Origin: Myxococcales bacterium
GTDB lineage: Bacteria; Myxococcota_A; Polyangia; JAAYKL01
NCBI GenBank assembly: GCA_012522445.1
Contig: JAAYKL010000109.1
Span: 9,175 to 73,174 of the forward strand
Reading direction: 5' to 3'
Length of the DNA stretch: 64,000 bases
Shown here: positions 48,601 through 57,314 of the stretch, in pieces
Position numbering within the stretch: the stretch's first letter is position 1
How the letters are laid out: every line of letters begins with the position of its first letter
The notes under the pieces: generated by a model
What the model saw: the letters and a program-made list of their open reading frames with translations, nothing else
Database searches by the model: none
What the model was told of the DNA's origin: nothing
Translations under genes and position numbers: made by a program

Positions 48601-50398
48601 GGCCCACGAACAACGCGCGCATTGCGAGCATTTGGAGCGTGAACTCCACAGCGCCCGCGAGCATTGTGCGCACTTGGAACGGGAGCTTCACGGTGCCCAC
48701 GAACAGCGCGCACATTGCGAGCATTTGGAGCGTGAACTCCACGGCGCCCGCGAGCATTGTGCGCACTTGGAACGGGAGCTTCACGGTGCCCACGAACAGC
48801 GCGGTCACTTGGAAGGCGAACTCCACGGCGCCCGCGAGCATTGTGCGCACTTGGAAGGGGAGCTTCACGGTGCCCACGAACAGCGCGGTCACTTGGAAGG
48901 CGAACTCCACGGCGCCCGCGACCAACGCGATCATCTCGAGAGAGAACTCGGATCCATCCGCAATGAGCTTCAGCAGCGCGTGGATGAACTAGAGGCACTC
49001 CTGGCCACGAAAGAGGCGGAGCAGTCGCAGCGTGCGGATACGGCGAACGAATCTTTGGCCGCCATCACCGGCGAGAGAGATGCGCTGCGCGAGGCGCGCG
49101 ATCACTGTGCTGACGAAGTGGCGGCGTTGACCGCAGCGCTGACGGCGTTGCGGGGCGATCTGGCGATGGAGGAGTCCCGCACACGAGCGGCCGGTGCCGA
49201 TGCGGCGCGCTTGTCCGGCTTTGTCGCAGCGCGCGATAACCGCATTGCACAACTGGAGAGCGAATTGTCGACGGCGCGTACCGCTGGCACCGCAGCAGAG
49301 GAAGTGCTCGCCACGCTGCGCGACGAGTTGTCCCAAACCGATCGAAGACAGCGCGAATTCCACGAGCAAATCGCCGCGCTCTCCACCGAATGCCAATCGC
49401 TGCAAGAGGCGCTCTCCGTTAGCGAGGATCGCAATGCGGCCATGGCGCAGTTGCCCTCAGATGCCGCGGTTCGCATCGAGCAGTTGCAAGAGATTGTCGG
49501 GCAAAAAGACGTGGCGCTCAGTGACACCATGAGCGAGCTGGCCATGGCGAAAAGCGCAGCCGATGCGCGGGAGAAAGAGTTTGTGGCGCAGCAAAACAAG
49601 ATGGCGGACATGTCCATTCGCCTCTCACAGCGCGAGATGGATCTCGGCGAGATGAAGGGCGCGCTGGCCGATCTCACCGGGCGCCTCGAACAAGAGACGC
49701 GCAGCCGAGAAGAGCTTGCGGCGAAGGCGGCGCCTTGTGCCGAGGAGCTGGCTGCTGTGCGCGAAGAATTGACCTTGACCCGCGATGCGCTAAACGCTGC
49801 CCAAGCGGATTCGGGAAACACACAAGAGGTGTTGGCAGAGCTGGCTTCGCTGCGGCGCACGCTGGCAGAAAAAGACGAGACCATCGGTGAATTGAAGGCG
49901 TTGACCGCGGAGAGCCAACCGCTGTTTGACAGCATGACAGCGCAGCTTGAGGAGCGCGAAAAGCGCGCGACCCTGTTGGAAAAAAAGGTGCGCATGCTCG
50001 AAACGGAAATCAAGGAATCCGAAAGCGATGTGTTGGCCTGGGACATGGAGCTCAAATTTCGCGATTCCAAAATCCATTCCCTAGAAGAGGAAATTGCCAC
50101 GCTGCAATCGGCGATTCGGTTGCGAGATCCCGATGCGGTTCAGCTCGCTCCCGTTCCCGAGGCCGGACCCGATACGGTGGCCGAAGAAGAGTTCCTAAAA
50201 GTGAAAGGGCAACTGAAAGACGTGACCCACGATTTGGAAGAACGCGTGACCGAGTTGAAGTCCGTGCGCACCGAAGCAGATGCGCACCGCACCCGCCTCG
50301 AGAGCACCCGCCAAGCCCTGCAAGATTTGTTGTTGTCAAACACAGTGGATAGCGGCACCGCGCTGTACCTCGAAGAGGTGCTCAAAGCGCTGGATTGA
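45635..50398 (+). CDS. Very long coiled-coil protein with N-terminal degenerate SAM-methyltransferase-like domain
   Basis: LPFREGMFDIAI, AEFRRAV..RGHLVVASPN, then >1300 aa of heptad-rich sequence. Exact start uncertain (45635 or 45647). Confidence 0.8.
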   Translation: MISIMPESHRPMHAFARLSYLQSLFAHRRVLLLSNDPALADFVNRFRARYVQAVSDVPPETPWPSDQLAGPIEFRTVDPTALPFREGMFDIAIIPDIAVIRDYAAVIAEFRRAVGRRGHLVVASPNPTCVQRLGPVSDGRSVDYYELYDLLVEAFPSVQMVGQAPFVGYAISDLGREGDEGITFDTGLLEEGAEEIEWFLALCGPEPLPVDAYSVVQIPLSTVGLAGSAPASTAALDEALQQSEQLREERAQLLEQLTQMEEDLRLVEDDLYAMRRSAPTAADTAPLNEQITALEAELREVRLELGTRGVRIESLQKDLEHEKQEAEAARERAVKISKQYDDERKANQAQRIEAQMSRALPDTQLSDRLAELEVQLKQSIAARESAERSRDDIIDRTRADVAELDKLRHRLSEAENQRRKLVTHEETLHEQLALAHDEIRRLSEELRGAGEQEDLAPLLEKSRRRETELNAQVQQLRREHEAAQSQLREREAQLAQAESAGDDGDESAEVQRLEQHLKEVSAALRQAEQELVHRETLVRDLLAQMAAHTAGAVVGEAASGAVETATQGDDTEAAPQRELEQRLAAAGAEIERLTAELSRHATSASPAEDIGVRDQRIARLEAELQAATWKAEELTARCEDGQRAVDQAQEQLQAATQRAEALEIEWRSRCEALEASSSSGAGEDCAAVTQELEKAREQMHVLEEKLSAALGAIAGHHRSRVEAELALTTLMVERERVLDELDDSLACNHALEEQVAAAMGAISGHRRARVEAELQLAASDVEREQTLNELDEMIALNAAMQDSLAELQGALNGHRRSRMEAELALTAVERENEKLREEMARNDDAIADLTSRIAQLSAQPSPAESASIDEEEANARLVALQNEQHVLQTQRDALEAEVARLRDELQAAHQRVDVMEGELAARLADERQVWERQLSETQAQCEAAQTAQGEKLHILTGELRSAEAHCAHLERELHSAHEQRGHLEGELREAHEQRAHCEHLERELHSAREHCAHLERELHGAHEQRAHCEHLERELHGAREHCAHLERELHGAHEQRGHLEGELHGAREHCAHLEGELHGAHEQRGHLEGELHGARDQRDHLERELGSIRNELQQRVDELEALLATKEAEQSQRADTANESLAAITGERDALREARDHCADEVAALTAALTALRGDLAMEESRTRAAGADAARLSGFVAARDNRIAQLESELSTARTAGTAAEEVLATLRDELSQTDRRQREFHEQIAALSTECQSLQEALSVSEDRNAAMAQLPSDAAVRIEQLQEIVGQKDVALSDTMSELAMAKSAADAREKEFVAQQNKMADMSIRLSQREMDLGEMKGALADLTGRLEQETRSREELAAKAAPCAEELAAVREELTLTRDALNAAQADSGNTQEVLAELASLRRTLAEKDETIGELKALTAESQPLFDSMTAQLEEREKRATLLEKKVRMLETEIKESESDVLAWDMELKFRDSKIHSLEEEIATLQSAIRLRDPDAVQLAPVPEAGPDTVAEEEFLKVKGQLKDVTHDLEERVTELKSVRTEADAHRTRLESTRQALQDLLLSNTVDSGTALYLEEVLKALD
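47738..48130 (+). repeat. Three 147-bp (49-aa) coding repeats
   Basis: GAIAGHHRSRVEAEL / GAISGHRRARVEAEL / GALNGHRRSRMEAEL spaced 147 bp apart. Confidence 0.75.
48536..48949 (+). repeat. Tandem 42/51-bp coding repeat (HLE(R/G)ELHGA..., ~10 units)
   Basis: Near-identical units such as cacttggaaggcgaactccacggcgcccgcgagcattgtgcg. Confidence 0.9.
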
Positions 50399-50433
50399 AT
50401 CCGCACGGTAACGCAGGTGATTGAGGAATAAAG

Positions 50434-52518
50434 ATGTCTTCATTGGCAGAACCAATCAAAATTTTGGTCGTAGAAGACAACGAAGATGTCCGCAATATCG
50501 TCACGGTGTATTTGCGCTCCAAGGGGTTTCAAGTGGTGGAAGCCCTAGATGGCCGCGCGGGTCTGGACATGGTCGAAACAGAGCGACCCGACCTGGTGCT
50601 TTTCGATGTGTTGTTGCCCAAACTCGACGGCATCGAAGCGATCAAACTGCTGAAAAAGATGCCGGGCGGCGCGTCGCTTCCGATTGTGATGATGAGCGCC
50701 ATTTTGCAGCACCGCGACATCCAGGCCGAGCTGGCGAGTCTCGGCATCTCTGCCTTTTTGCAGAAGCCGTTTCAAGTTCGCGAATTGTTGGAAACCATTA
50801 ACAAGGCCTTGGCGCAATCGCGGCCGCATAAAGCGGAGCAGGCAGCGCCCGTTTCGGCCCGCGCGTCCTCCCAGGTTCGTGCACCGCGCACTTCGTTCTC
50901 CATGGCTCGCTCTACCGCAACGCTTCATAGCGCTCCGGAGAACGACACGTCGCGTCCGCTGTTGTACCGCAATCCCAAGCTGCCCGAACGCGGCACCCTG
51001 TCGCAACTGCCCATGCCGGGATTGATACACGCCGCCTTCTTTGCCAATGCAACGGGCCGCATGCGCGTTATTTCGGGCACCACCGAGAAGCGCATCTATT
51101 TTCAAAACGGGTTCCCGGTGTACGCCGAGTCGTCTCTCCCCGAGGAAACCCTCGGCGCTTATTTGATGGCACAAAACCGGTTGACCTTGGAGCAGCACAT
51201 CCAAGCACAACGCGAGATGACCATGAGCGGTCGGCAATACGGCGAAGTGTTGTTGCGGCTCGGCTATCTGGGGCCTCATGAGTTGTTTCAATTGTTGGAG
51301 CAGCATCTGGCCGAAAAAGTGGTGTCCTCGTTTGCCTGGACAGAGGGACAGTTTGCTTTTGAGGCGGGCGATGATTGGAAAGACAGCGTCATCGTTGTGC
51401 GCATGAAACCTGGGCGCATCATCATCGACGGCATTATGCAGCATTGGACCGACGCATATGTGCAGTCGCTGGCCATTATGGCGGCCACCAATCAACCCTT
51501 TGTACGAGAGGGTGCCATTTACAGCGATGCGCAATTGGCGTTGACCACACAGGAAGCGCGCATCGATCAAGCCATCAAACGCGGCGGGACCGTGGCGCAA
51601 ATCGCTGCGATCACCGGCGATGCCCAACGGGCACACAAGCTGCTCATCGCCTTTTACATTATGGGGCGCATCGGGTTTCGCGCCCAAGAAGTGGCGGCGA
51701 AAAAGGCAGCGAAAGACAAGCCCGCCTCGCTCAATCCCAGCCAAGCCATTCCGCCAGAAGTAGAACCCCGGGGACAAATACTGCTCTCTGAGTACCTGAA
51801 GTATCGCACCAGCGATTATTTTAAGCTGCTGGGTTTGGCACGCGGCGCGACGGCGGCCGAAATCGAGCAGGCGTTTCAGGTGCGTCAGAAACGCTATCAT
51901 CCCGACGCCATGGTGGGCATCAATTCCAGTTTGATCCGCGAGAAAATGGAAGAGCTCTACATGCGGCTGCACCAAGCGCGCCAAACGCTGCTCGATCCCG
52001 AATTGCGGGCACAGTACCTGGCGGAGCTGGAGCAGAGCAGCACGCCCATGTTGTCGGCCCGGAGTCGCACAGGCCGGTACAACGCGTTGGCGGCTACGGC
52101 AGAACGCCACGCCATTGATTTCGAAGAGGGATTCTCCATGCTGCGCAATGGCGATCCCAAGACCGCATTGACGCTGTTTTCACGCGCCGAAAAAGCAGAA
52201 CCCAAGGCCAAGTACCAAGCGTTTCGCATATGGACCGAGTACCTGTTAAGCGTCACATCCGCGCTTTCTACAGAAGAGCAACTCCAAAAGGTGTTTTCGG
52301 CCAATACCGACGAGGCATTGTTGGCCTTTCTGTTGGGCAATTTTTATTTGAAGGAAAAAAAGACCAACGAAGCCATCAGATGGTTTGAAAAGGCATTGCA
52401 AATTGATCCGCAGCACATCGACTCGGCACGGCAGTTGCGTTTGTTGCGCATGCGCCAAAACGAAGAGCCGTCTTCGCTGTTCAATTTGAAAGAGCTGTTT
52501 CGCAAAGAGCGCTCTTGA
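50434..52518 (+). CDS. Response regulator receiver / DUF4388-like / J-domain / TPR protein
   Basis: ILVVEDN, DLVLFD, KPF receiver. KRIYFQNG..ETLG. RYHPD J domain. TPRs. Confidence 0.85.
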   Translation: MSSLAEPIKILVVEDNEDVRNIVTVYLRSKGFQVVEALDGRAGLDMVETERPDLVLFDVLLPKLDGIEAIKLLKKMPGGASLPIVMMSAILQHRDIQAELASLGISAFLQKPFQVRELLETINKALAQSRPHKAEQAAPVSARASSQVRAPRTSFSMARSTATLHSAPENDTSRPLLYRNPKLPERGTLSQLPMPGLIHAAFFANATGRMRVISGTTEKRIYFQNGFPVYAESSLPEETLGAYLMAQNRLTLEQHIQAQREMTMSGRQYGEVLLRLGYLGPHELFQLLEQHLAEKVVSSFAWTEGQFAFEAGDDWKDSVIVVRMKPGRIIIDGIMQHWTDAYVQSLAIMAATNQPFVREGAIYSDAQLALTTQEARIDQAIKRGGTVAQIAAITGDAQRAHKLLIAFYIMGRIGFRAQEVAAKKAAKDKPASLNPSQAIPPEVEPRGQILLSEYLKYRTSDYFKLLGLARGATAAEIEQAFQVRQKRYHPDAMVGINSSLIREKMEELYMRLHQARQTLLDPELRAQYLAELEQSSTPMLSARSRTGRYNALAATAERHAIDFEEGFSMLRNGDPKTALTLFSRAEKAEPKAKYQAFRIWTEYLLSVTSALSTEEQLQKVFSANTDEALLAFLLGNFYLKEKKTNEAIRWFEKALQIDPQHIDSARQLRLLRMRQNEEPSSLFNLKELFRKERS

Positions 52519-52644
52519 AGCGCGGGGCCCGAAAAGCATTTGATAATATGGCAAACAATTGTGCTTTTAGGCGGGTTAAAGGGGTTCGCAATTGCGGCAG
52601 TCTTGTTACAATGCGGGCACTCTTAGACCTTGAGAAAAATGGTG

Positions 52645-52673
52645 TTGACCCGATGCTACGCATGCAACACAAT
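52645..52673 (+). promoter_or_regulatory. Putative sigma70 promoter of the FHA gene pair
   Basis: TTGACC-N17-CACAAT. Confidence 0.45.
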
Positions 52674-52714
52674 TACGATTTCGAACGAACCCATATTTTG
52701 AAAACGAGAGAGTC

Positions 52715-53641
52715 ATGACCGTTCAGGCGGGCATTGTTTGTGGCAAATGTGATGTACTAAACCCGGCTGACAGTCGGCATTGTCTGTCTTGCCAATCTGA
52801 CTTGGCGTTTCAGGCACCGTCGGTCGTTGGGTCGACGGCAGAAACAGAAGAGGAGCAACCCATGGAACAGGCGCGTCAATTTGTGTGTCATTCATGTTAT
52901 AGCCCTGTCCCCAGCGGACATAAGTTTTGCGGAAAATGCGGGGCTTCGCTGGAGAGCAATGTGGCCCAGTCGTCCGATTATTTTGGCGCATTGCAGTCTC
53001 CGGGGCGCGCCAAATTGATTTTGATCAAGGGCGCGGGTGTCGACGGCATGTCGTATCACCTCAACTCCGAACAGCACGTCGCTGGTCGCCTTGATGGGCC
53101 CATTGTGTTTGCGGATGACGATTGGTTGTCCCCCACCCACGCCAATTTTTATTACGAAAACAACCGGCTGATGGTGCGCGACGAAGACAGCCTCAATGGT
53201 GTCTTTATCTCGGTGCGCCATCCATTGCCCGTTCCCTCTGGCACGATTTTTATGGCTGGCGAACAAGTGTTTCGCATTGAGACGTCGGCACCTGTCGACG
53301 AATCTCCCGAGGAAGACGGCACTTACTTCTTTTCGAGTCCGCACCAAGACAGCGCGTTTCGCGTGGTGCAAATCTTGGAGGGTGGCGGAGACGGCATGGT
53401 GGTGTGCGCCCACGAAAATGAAGTGGTGATCGGCCGCGAAGACAGCGACATGAATTTTCCCAACGATCCCTACATTTCGGGTCAACATGTGAAAATTGAG
53501 TTTTCGGACGGCATTCTCAACATCGTCGATTTGGAAAGCAAAAATAATACATTTGTCAAAATTGACCGCGAAAAAGAACTCAGTCACGGTGACTACTTGT
53601 TTCTCGGTCGGCAACTGCTCAGAGTTGAAATTACCGAATAG
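52715..53641 (+). CDS. Zinc-ribbon x2 plus double FHA-domain protein
   Basis: CGKC..CLSC, CHSC..CGKC. GR..SPTH..SLNG and GR..SGQH..SKNNT. Confidence 0.88.
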   Translation: MTVQAGIVCGKCDVLNPADSRHCLSCQSDLAFQAPSVVGSTAETEEEQPMEQARQFVCHSCYSPVPSGHKFCGKCGASLESNVAQSSDYFGALQSPGRAKLILIKGAGVDGMSYHLNSEQHVAGRLDGPIVFADDDWLSPTHANFYYENNRLMVRDEDSLNGVFISVRHPLPVPSGTIFMAGEQVFRIETSAPVDESPEEDGTYFFSSPHQDSAFRVVQILEGGGDGMVVCAHENEVVIGREDSDMNFPNDPYISGQHVKIEFSDGILNIVDLESKNNTFVKIDREKELSHGDYLFLGRQLLRVEITE

Positions 53642-53652
53642 GAGGTCCGCCG

Positions 53653-54735
53653 GTGATAGTTTGCCCCGTCTGCTCAAAAGAAAACCAGGACCATTACAAG
53701 TTTTGCCTCGGTTGTGGCTCGGATTTGCCGCGCGCCAGTGGTGATGAGGCCAAGCCCCTGTCTACGGCCACCCCTCCTGCGGGCATTGCCGCTGTATCAG
53801 CGCAAGCCGTGGCTGCCCCAGCCGCTCCCGCTGCGACGGCGACGGCTGACACCGCTGCTCCGGCACCAGCATCTGCTCCGGTAACTGCTGCGGCATCCCC
53901 AGCGCCTCCGGAAGCCCAGGCCGAAGCGGCTCCGGCTCCTCCCGCAGACTCTCCTGCGCCATCGCAGGGTGTGGCCTGCGCCAATTGCGGTGCCGCCATT
54001 CCACCGGGATTTGCATTTTGCGGCGCTTGTGGCACCCCGATTGGCGGTGCGGCTCCCCCAGCCGCTGCTCCTGAGGCCGCTGCCAAGGCGACGGGCGCCA
54101 GTGCAGGCGCTGGCAAGCTCATCTTGATCAAGCCCGATGGCACGGAAGGCGGCATGGTCGAAATTCCGACCAGCCCTGTGGCTGTGGGGCGTGATGCGGG
54201 TGGATTTTTTGGCGAGGACGCATATTTGTCGCCCCGGCACGCGGTGTTTCGCACACAAGACGGCAAAATTGTCGTGAAAGACGAAGCCAGCCTCAACGGC
54301 GTTTTTTACAAAATTCTGCCCAATCAACCCATTGAAATCACCTCTGGCACCATCTTTCGCATCGGCCAAGAGCTCATCCTCTTCGAAGCGATTGACCAAG
54401 GCGCCACGGGGCCCGATGACACGGCGCGCATGGGGTCGCCCATCACCGGTTTGTGGGGACGCATTTCTTTGATCATCGGCAAGGGTCGCCTCGGCAACTC
54501 CTTTCCCATCGGCATCGACAATGTGGTTTTGGGACGCGAGCGCGGCAACATCTTGTTTCCCGAAGATGGGTACATCTCTGGGGTTCATCTGCGCATCCAC
54601 ATGGAAGGCGGCAAGGTGTTCCTCACCGATCTGGGCAGCTCTAACGGCAGTTACATCAAGGTGGCGGGCGAAAAAGAGTTGGCAGACGGTGATTTTATTT
54701 TGATGGGAACGCAGCTCTTCCGCATTCAAGTCTGA
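53653..54735 (+). CDS. Zinc-ribbon x2 plus double FHA-domain protein (paralog)
   Basis: CPVC..CLGC, CANC..CGAC. GR..SPRH..SLNG and GR..SGVH..SSNG. GGAGG RBS. Confidence 0.88.
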   Translation: MIVCPVCSKENQDHYKFCLGCGSDLPRASGDEAKPLSTATPPAGIAAVSAQAVAAPAAPAATATADTAAPAPASAPVTAAASPAPPEAQAEAAPAPPADSPAPSQGVACANCGAAIPPGFAFCGACGTPIGGAAPPAAAPEAAAKATGASAGAGKLILIKPDGTEGGMVEIPTSPVAVGRDAGGFFGEDAYLSPRHAVFRTQDGKIVVKDEASLNGVFYKILPNQPIEITSGTIFRIGQELILFEAIDQGATGPDDTARMGSPITGLWGRISLIIGKGRLGNSFPIGIDNVVLGRERGNILFPEDGYISGVHLRIHMEGGKVFLTDLGSSNGSYIKVAGEKELADGDFILMGTQLFRIQV

Positions 54736-54809
54736 TTTCACATCCCCTCACAAACAACCAACCATACAGACAAGCAACCATGGCGGTCATAACGGGCGTG
54801 GTGCCGCGT

Positions 54810-55763
54810 TCACCTGCGGTGGTGCGGCCGTCGACCGACAAAGCGCACTTCGGGTTCGAGGCGTTCGCCAAAGGCGTCGTACACGCGCGCTTGCAGCAAC
54901 GCCTCCAGTTGCAGTACGTCTTTGGCCGAAGCGTTTTGGCGATTGATAAAGATGTTGGCGTGTTTTTCAAAGACCGCCGCATCGCCCACATGCAGTTGTT
55001 TTGCCCCTACTTGGTCGAGCAGCGCTCCTGCTGGGCGCCGCCACTCACCGGGATTTTTGGGCGGCAAATTTTTAAAGTACGAGCCGGCTGTGCGGATGTG
55101 TTTGCCTGGATGTTTGGTGCGCCGGGTGTGGCAATGTGACTGCGCGGTTTGGCATAGCTCTGCTGTGTCGCCGTCTTGCAATTGAAACGTGGCATCCACG
55201 ATGAGGGCGAGCTCCTCGGAGAGCCGAGAGTGGCGATAGGCAAAGCGAAACCATGCCGGGTCGGTGATCTCGAGCAAATTGCCCTGCGCGTCGAGTACGG
55301 TGGCTCTTTGCAGATGTTCGCCAAAGCTGCTGCCGAAACACCCCGCATTTCCCGCGATGGCTCCCCCAACGGTTCCCGGAAGACCGGCCGCAAACTCGAG
55401 TCCCTGTCGGCCCGCATGGACGAGGTGGTCTACGAGCGCAGCGGCGGGCACCGAGGCACCCACCGTGACCGAGAGGCCGTCGTCGGCAATGGCGCAGCCC
55501 GCAAAGCGGAGTGACACGGCGAGGCCTTCGTAGCCTTCGTCGCTGATCAGGAGATTGGTGCCGCCTCCCAGCAGCAAGACGGGGAGCGACAGCTCGTGGG
55601 CGGCGGACAAGAGCGCTTGGGCTTGTGGCAGCGTGTGTACCGTGGCGAACAAGGCTGCGGGGCCACCGATGTGCAAGGAGGTGTATTTCTTTAGCGAAAC
55701 GCCGTGTTCAATGCGCAACCCGGTGTTTTGGGCCAGCGCATTGCCCATTTGAAAAATGTCCAT
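54810..55763 (-). CDS. murB: UDP-N-acetylenolpyruvoylglucosamine reductase
   Basis: GGPA, LGGGTNLL, PGTVGGAIAGNAG, FAYRHS, AGSYFKN, KHANIFIN, LEPEV. Confidence 0.95.
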   Translation of the reverse strand: MDIFQMGNALAQNTGLRIEHGVSLKKYTSLHIGGPAALFATVHTLPQAQALLSAAHELSLPVLLLGGGTNLLISDEGYEGLAVSLRFAGCAIADDGLSVTVGASVPAAALVDHLVHAGRQGLEFAAGLPGTVGGAIAGNAGCFGSSFGEHLQRATVLDAQGNLLEITDPAWFRFAYRHSRLSEELALIVDATFQLQDGDTAELCQTAQSHCHTRRTKHPGKHIRTAGSYFKNLPPKNPGEWRRPAGALLDQVGAKQLHVGDAAVFEKHANIFINRQNASAKDVLQLEALLQARVYDAFGERLEPEVRFVGRRPHHRR

Positions 55764-55899
55764 ATTTGCCTTCGAAAATGCGTTGCGAAAATCCTTTGAG
55801 AAACAAGCGCTGGAATCTTGACAAAACGGTGCGCTAATGGCAATAGCCATACCCTCACGACACAATGTGTCGCGTTCTTTTAAGCGATGTGGGTTCGAT

Positions 55900-55987
55900 G
55901 GAGGACTGGCCGAGCGGTCGAAGGCGGCGGTCTTGAAAACCGTTGTGTCGAAAGGCACCCGGGGTTCGAATCCCTGGTCCTCCGCCA
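55900..55987 (+). tRNA. tRNA-Ser(TGA)
   Basis: GGAGGAC..GTCCTCC-G-CCA, anticodon loop CTTGAAA, long variable arm. Confidence 0.95.
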
Positions 55988-56010
55988 GCGGAAGACTGCA
56001 ACCGTGTTCC

Positions 56011-56095
56011 GGGGAGGTGGCCGAGTGGCTAAAGGCGCACGCTTGCTAAGCGTGTGTACCGAAAGGTACCGAGGGTTCGAATCCCTCCCTCTCCG
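56011..56095 (+). tRNA. tRNA-Ser(GCT)
   Basis: GGGGAGG..CCTCTCC-G, anticodon loop TTGCTAA, long variable arm. Confidence 0.95.
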
Positions 56096-56127
56096 CTGTT
56101 TGATATTTTATTGGCTTCATGTTTATT

Positions 56128-56201
56128 GCGTCCGTAGCTCAGTTGGATAGAGCATCGGTCTACGGAACCGAGGGTCGGGCGTTCGAATCGCTCCGGGCGC
56201 G
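56128..56201 (+). tRNA. tRNA-Arg(ACG)
   Basis: GCGTCCG..CGGGCGC-G, anticodon loop CTACGGA. Confidence 0.95.
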
Positions 56202-56282
56202 CAATAAAAACACCAATCAATTCGGTAGGTTATTCGGGCTTCTGCGAGGGGCCTGCGGCCTCTCTCTCATCCTCACAAGCCT

Positions 56283-57314
56283 TTATGTACCCTTGATGTT
56301 GTTGAGGCGCATTTGCGACAGGCATTGCAGGGCGGCTTCGCGATCGCCAGTCATGAAGACCAGGCGGTCTTGGTCTTGTAACACGGTGTCTTTGTCGTAA
56401 CCCCGTTTGAGCAGAAACCCGCGCTCGGCGGCTTTGCGGCTCATGTGACCGGGGTTCACCACCAAGTCGATTTGCTTGTCGTTGTGTATGACGCCGCGCT
56501 TTTTGGCCGTGAGGTGGCAGAGGTGTGGCGCGTGTGCATCGTAGGGAAATTTGCGAGTGAACCCACACAATATTAGCGGAGCGCTATGGGTGCGGATAAT
56601 GGCTTCGGTCAATTGTCGATAGGTGTGCCCCAACAGATGCCCGAGGGGTCCGTCGGCGCAGATAGCGTGGGTTGCGAAGTGCCACGCGCCCGGCGTTTGG
56701 TGCAAGAGCTTGTCGAAGACCTCTGTGATGCCCGGAGAAAAACAGTCTTGCGCCAATAGGTTCTCGGTCAACTCGCCCGAACACACCACGGTATCGACGT
56801 GGAGCGACTTGAGATAAATGCGGTTGGCCGAGGAGTGCAATTCGACAACGGTATGGATGTCGGGCGCGCCCGTTGTTTTTTGTTGCAGGGTTGAAAACTT
56901 CTCAATGGCCGTGGCGGCGATAATGGCATGGGCATCGGCATCTTGCCCGCGCAACGGATCCGCCAGGATGACAACCGATCGGATGCCGGGTCCGCTGATG
57001 GTTTGCAGAATGTCGTGTGATGCGGCGAATGCGCTGTCGAAAGGGATGCAGAGCAATCGCTGCGCATGGTTCGCGGGCAAGTAGCCCTCGGGCAGTTGCT
57101 CTTGTGCAGCGTATCCGGGTTGCAACACCACGATGTAGGAAAACGGCGGCAAGTTTTTGGTGAGACGCTCGGCGTCCATCTCCGCAATGACGCGCGGCAG
57201 CCGGGGGCTCGCATGCACAAAGACGACGTGCTCTTGGCCGGTTGCTGGGGGGCCCAGAAAACGCTGTATTTGCGCTTTGAGCGCTTCTCGTGATGCCGGC
57301 GAGGCGTGGGTCAT
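56283..57314 (-). CDS. Stand-alone RCK-like gating subunit
   Basis: EHVVFVH, IHTVVELHSSAN, VDTVVC, TYRQL..ILCGF, VVNP..LQDQDRLVF. ATGA overlap with the channel gene. Confidence 0.65.
   Translation of the reverse strand: MTHASPASREALKAQIQRFLGPPATGQEHVVFVHASPRLPRVIAEMDAERLTKNLPPFSYIVVLQPGYAAQEQLPEGYLPANHAQRLLCIPFDSAFAASHDILQTISGPGIRSVVILADPLRGQDADAHAIIAATAIEKFSTLQQKTTGAPDIHTVVELHSSANRIYLKSLHVDTVVCSGELTENLLAQDCFSPGITEVFDKLLHQTPGAWHFATHAICADGPLGHLLGHTYRQLTEAIIRTHSAPLILCGFTRKFPYDAHAPHLCHLTAKKRGVIHNDKQIDLVVNPGHMSRKAAERGFLLKRGYDKDTVLQDQDRLVFMTGDREAALQCLSQMRLNNIKGT

Noticed and set aside
48536-48949. Tandem repeats as a possible CRISPR array
   Set aside because: No unique spacers, units are multiples of 3 in frame within a CDS, and there are no cas genes.
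50545-52110. 521-aa ORF antisense to the REC/J gene
   Set aside because: Shadow ORF. The sense gene has clear domains.
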